Assembly: GCA_976226885.1 (NCBI GenBank)
Contig: OZ320319.1
Coordinates: 27,094,001-27,158,000, forward strand
DNA: 64,000 nucleotides
Direction of reading: 5' to 3'
From: Iphione sp. A-MEVVRFRX5
Lineage: Eukaryota
Shown here: positions 61,201 to 64,000 of the stretch, piece after piece
How positions within the stretch are numbered: the stretch's first letter is position 1
How the letters are laid out: every line of letters begins with the position of its first letter
Notes under the pieces: model-generated
What the model was told of the DNA's origin: nothing
The model's database searches: none
What the model saw: only the letters and a program-made list of their open reading frames with translations
Program-made: the position numbers and the translations under genes

Positions 61201-62822
61201 CATCAAACCTCATTGTCCATATGCATCTATCTATACCTTTTTTCTTGTGCAAACGAAACAGAGTACTCCGTCATAGCATATGTAACATGCGGTATACATA
61301 CGTACACATCTCTTCACACCCCTAAGGGCTGGTTTCCATACCTTGCATTGTGTTTCCAGGCTTCTTCGTTGATATTGTGTAGCTTGTGCTTTTCTAATAC
61401 ACCATTTTTACAGCAGGCTTTTCATTACTGCACTGCATTAGTGTGTTTGTGTTTGCATTGTGCTTGCATTGTTTGTTTTCAGACAATGCTTGTAATTTTA
61501 ATGTAAATGCATGCCAATGCATGAGTGAAATATGAAAAAAATGGAAGAAGGCTAGACTATGATTGAACATATGTTAGATCATGTAAAAATATCTGATTTA
61601 CACATCACTTGCATGAAAGCATTTATAATTATCAAATTTGCTGCTAGTCAGATATTTTCTTGCATGCCATTGTTTCAGTTTTTACACTTCAATTTTGCTG
61701 CTGATCAGACCTGTTGGGGGCAAATTTGCCAGTAATTTGGTTTTACTTGTGAGATTTATTAGCTAGTCACACATTCTCCTGTCAAATAACACCGTGAAAC
61801 ACCAGGAAATGGTGGTAAATGGGCAGAAATGCAACACACCACAAGCGCAATCAGAGAACACTCCCACTGCATGTATGTATGTTCCGAGTTGTTGACCATG
61901 CAACGCACACTCAATACACATGTATGCACATGGAAACTGACCCTTAATCATACGAAACATCATTAAAATTGCATATAACAAATTTTAATTTATCATTGGT
62001 TGGTTATATGTTTAGTGATTATACCTACATATATTTAGCATGTATTCTTTCATTGTACTTGTTGTCATGTAATTCGAGAGGATTAAGGGGATAAATTATA
62101 ATCCTGTGTTCATTATGACATGGATTCTCCACAAGACATCATATGTCAGAGATACGATCGTCAGGGACTTGATCTGCCGACCTTCTTCACACATAAGCGC
62201 TCTCACTGGGCGAAAGGAGATGCATACAAGTCTAAACGGTCTGCCCGACACCAACATATTCTCAAACCAACACACTCTACACATGCAATCACGCATGCAC
62301 AAATACACCTTAGTTCCTGTCCACCGTTACCCCTCAACTCCCGCGGAAGAGAGAGAGAGAGTGTGAGTCAGGGGGAGAGGAAGATGAGGAGAAGGAACAT
62401 GGCCTGAAGGGGAGAGGGTACAGCTTGGTTCCATGTTTAGTCTCCCCAATCTCACCTCTCGTCCTCACGGCGCCCATACAGTCTGTGCTCAATGCCCAGT
62501 CCTCACCATACTGGTGATGGGTGTGTGTTAGGGGGGGGGGGGGGTTGAGGTGGTAGTGGCAGACAATAGGTGGCGGGTCGGGTGGGGGTGGGTGATCTCC
62601 TAACACTACATACATACAGGGTGATTATCTGAATGAAGAAGTTTGGTAGAACTACAGACCTATATTTGTCCGTGAAGAACTTATTGCTCTATAGCCAATG
62701 TCAGGTATAGGTATCAGGGCGCCACACATTGCAAGGAGAATAGGAGGGGGAAACAGAGAGACAAAAAGACAGAAAGAGATAGAGACAGAGAGAGGAAAGG
62801 TGAGAGGGTGAGAATGGCACGA

Positions 62823-62826
<4 letters not shown>

Positions 62827-62876
<50 letters not shown>
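62827..62876. repeat. (AG)n microsatellite
   Basis: Direct reading. Confidence 0.97.
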
Positions 62877-62885
<9 letters not shown>

Positions 62886-64000
62886 AGGCGGAAGAGAGGG
62901 TGGGGAGGGAGTTGGTAGGGGACGATCGACATGATCCAGCCTCTGTATCGTACCTGCCACCGACCATCTCTCCTCTTCCTTGCCCCCTCTATCACCAGCC
63001 GTCAGACCTGGTACGGATGGGAATCAATCCCAAACGACCTGGATTTTTCTGACTTTTTTTTCTCCTCCATCTCCGGCCAATATCAGTGCCAAGTGTAGGT
63101 GAGTGGGTCCCCATGCTCAGAGACTGGGCTGTAATAGCCATTAGGTGTCTACAAGACCAGTCACTCCAAATGTCAATTTTGATAAACATATCTGCCAGCA
63201 AACAGTGTGCGGAAACCACTCCCTCCGCACTCGGGGAAGAGGTTGATGTGCTTGAGTCCCCTCCTCGGGAATGATACCCCTACAGGAGATTCGAGAGGTA
63301 CAACCAATGTCACCTAAGGCAACTCTCAGAACTACTCAGGGGGCACCGTTAAGTATGCCATATTTAACCATAATGGGAAAGTGTGTATTCTTTTTTTTGC
63401 TGAGTTCAAGTACTAGTGGGGGCAAGCTATTCTCATGGGTACATGCAGTTGAGACATTTTGTACTTAACGACTAACATTTTAAACATTTTGCCCGAGTCA
63501 AAAAAGCACACATGGCCTAGACATATTTCATTATTTGAACTTTGCGAGTGCAATCAATATGACGTAGAAAGACATGCATACTTATTAGAGATAAGCTTTT
63601 CTTCGATTACAGTATAATTTAAAACGTAAACTACACTAAAAGAAGGTCCTTGTACTATAAGGAACAATTAAAATGTCAAAAACTAACCGTGTGTGTTTTG
63701 GGCCTTGCTTATTCCAACTCCAAATTGAAAACACGGTGAATTCATGAACCCATGGTGTGTATATACAGTGATAATCAGATTAGCAAAAATATGCTTATGC
63801 ATGGACAGACATGCCAACACATGCACATGGACACCCAGCCTTAGATTCACTTTAATTATAGTGATAAAATTATTACATTCAATAATATTGACTGTACAGT
63901 GAAGACAGACAGGGACTGGACAATCGTGGTCTCTTTTGTGGTTTGGTCGCCCCGGCCTACATTTGCGTAATATTACGTAGTAACCTTTCGTCTAGCCTCA

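Noticed and set aside
63966-63977. Palindrome CGTAATATTACG at the window end
   Set aside because: A single 12-bp AT-rich palindrome is expected by chance or is a truncated repeat end; no supporting context.

Overview
Animal genomic DNA with introns, microsatellites and MITEs. It is probably an invertebrate chordate such as amphioxus; this is an inference from the gene and repeat style. Two things dominate. (1) A 7.6-kb Gypsy/Metaviridae-type LTR retroelement at 2201-9842. It has near-identical LTRs, an ATAT target-site duplication, a tRNA-Leu PBS, a PPT and an intact gag. Its pol is decayed and has lost almost all of RT, RNase H and the integrase core. In the env position it carries an intact extra ORF encoding two C2H2 zinc fingers. 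A spaced palindrome, TGGYG-N4-CRCCA, occurs about 26 times in the element: 8 in the 5' LTR, 6 in the 3' LTR and about 12 just upstream of the zinc-finger ORF. This suggests an element-encoded DNA-binding protein with its own operator arrays, and is the most novel-looking system in the window. (2) A two-exon NK4/tinman/Nkx2-5-class homeobox gene on the minus strand (CDS 54477-53667 and 39252-38540, 14.4-kb phase-1 intron). It has a TN domain, homeodomain, NK2-SD and C-terminal GIRAW. GC-rich non-coding islands around it carry GATA, NK2, Fox and Smad-like motifs. The remainder is MITEs, simple repeats and a few candidate promoters or orphan exons that I could not assign to a gene.
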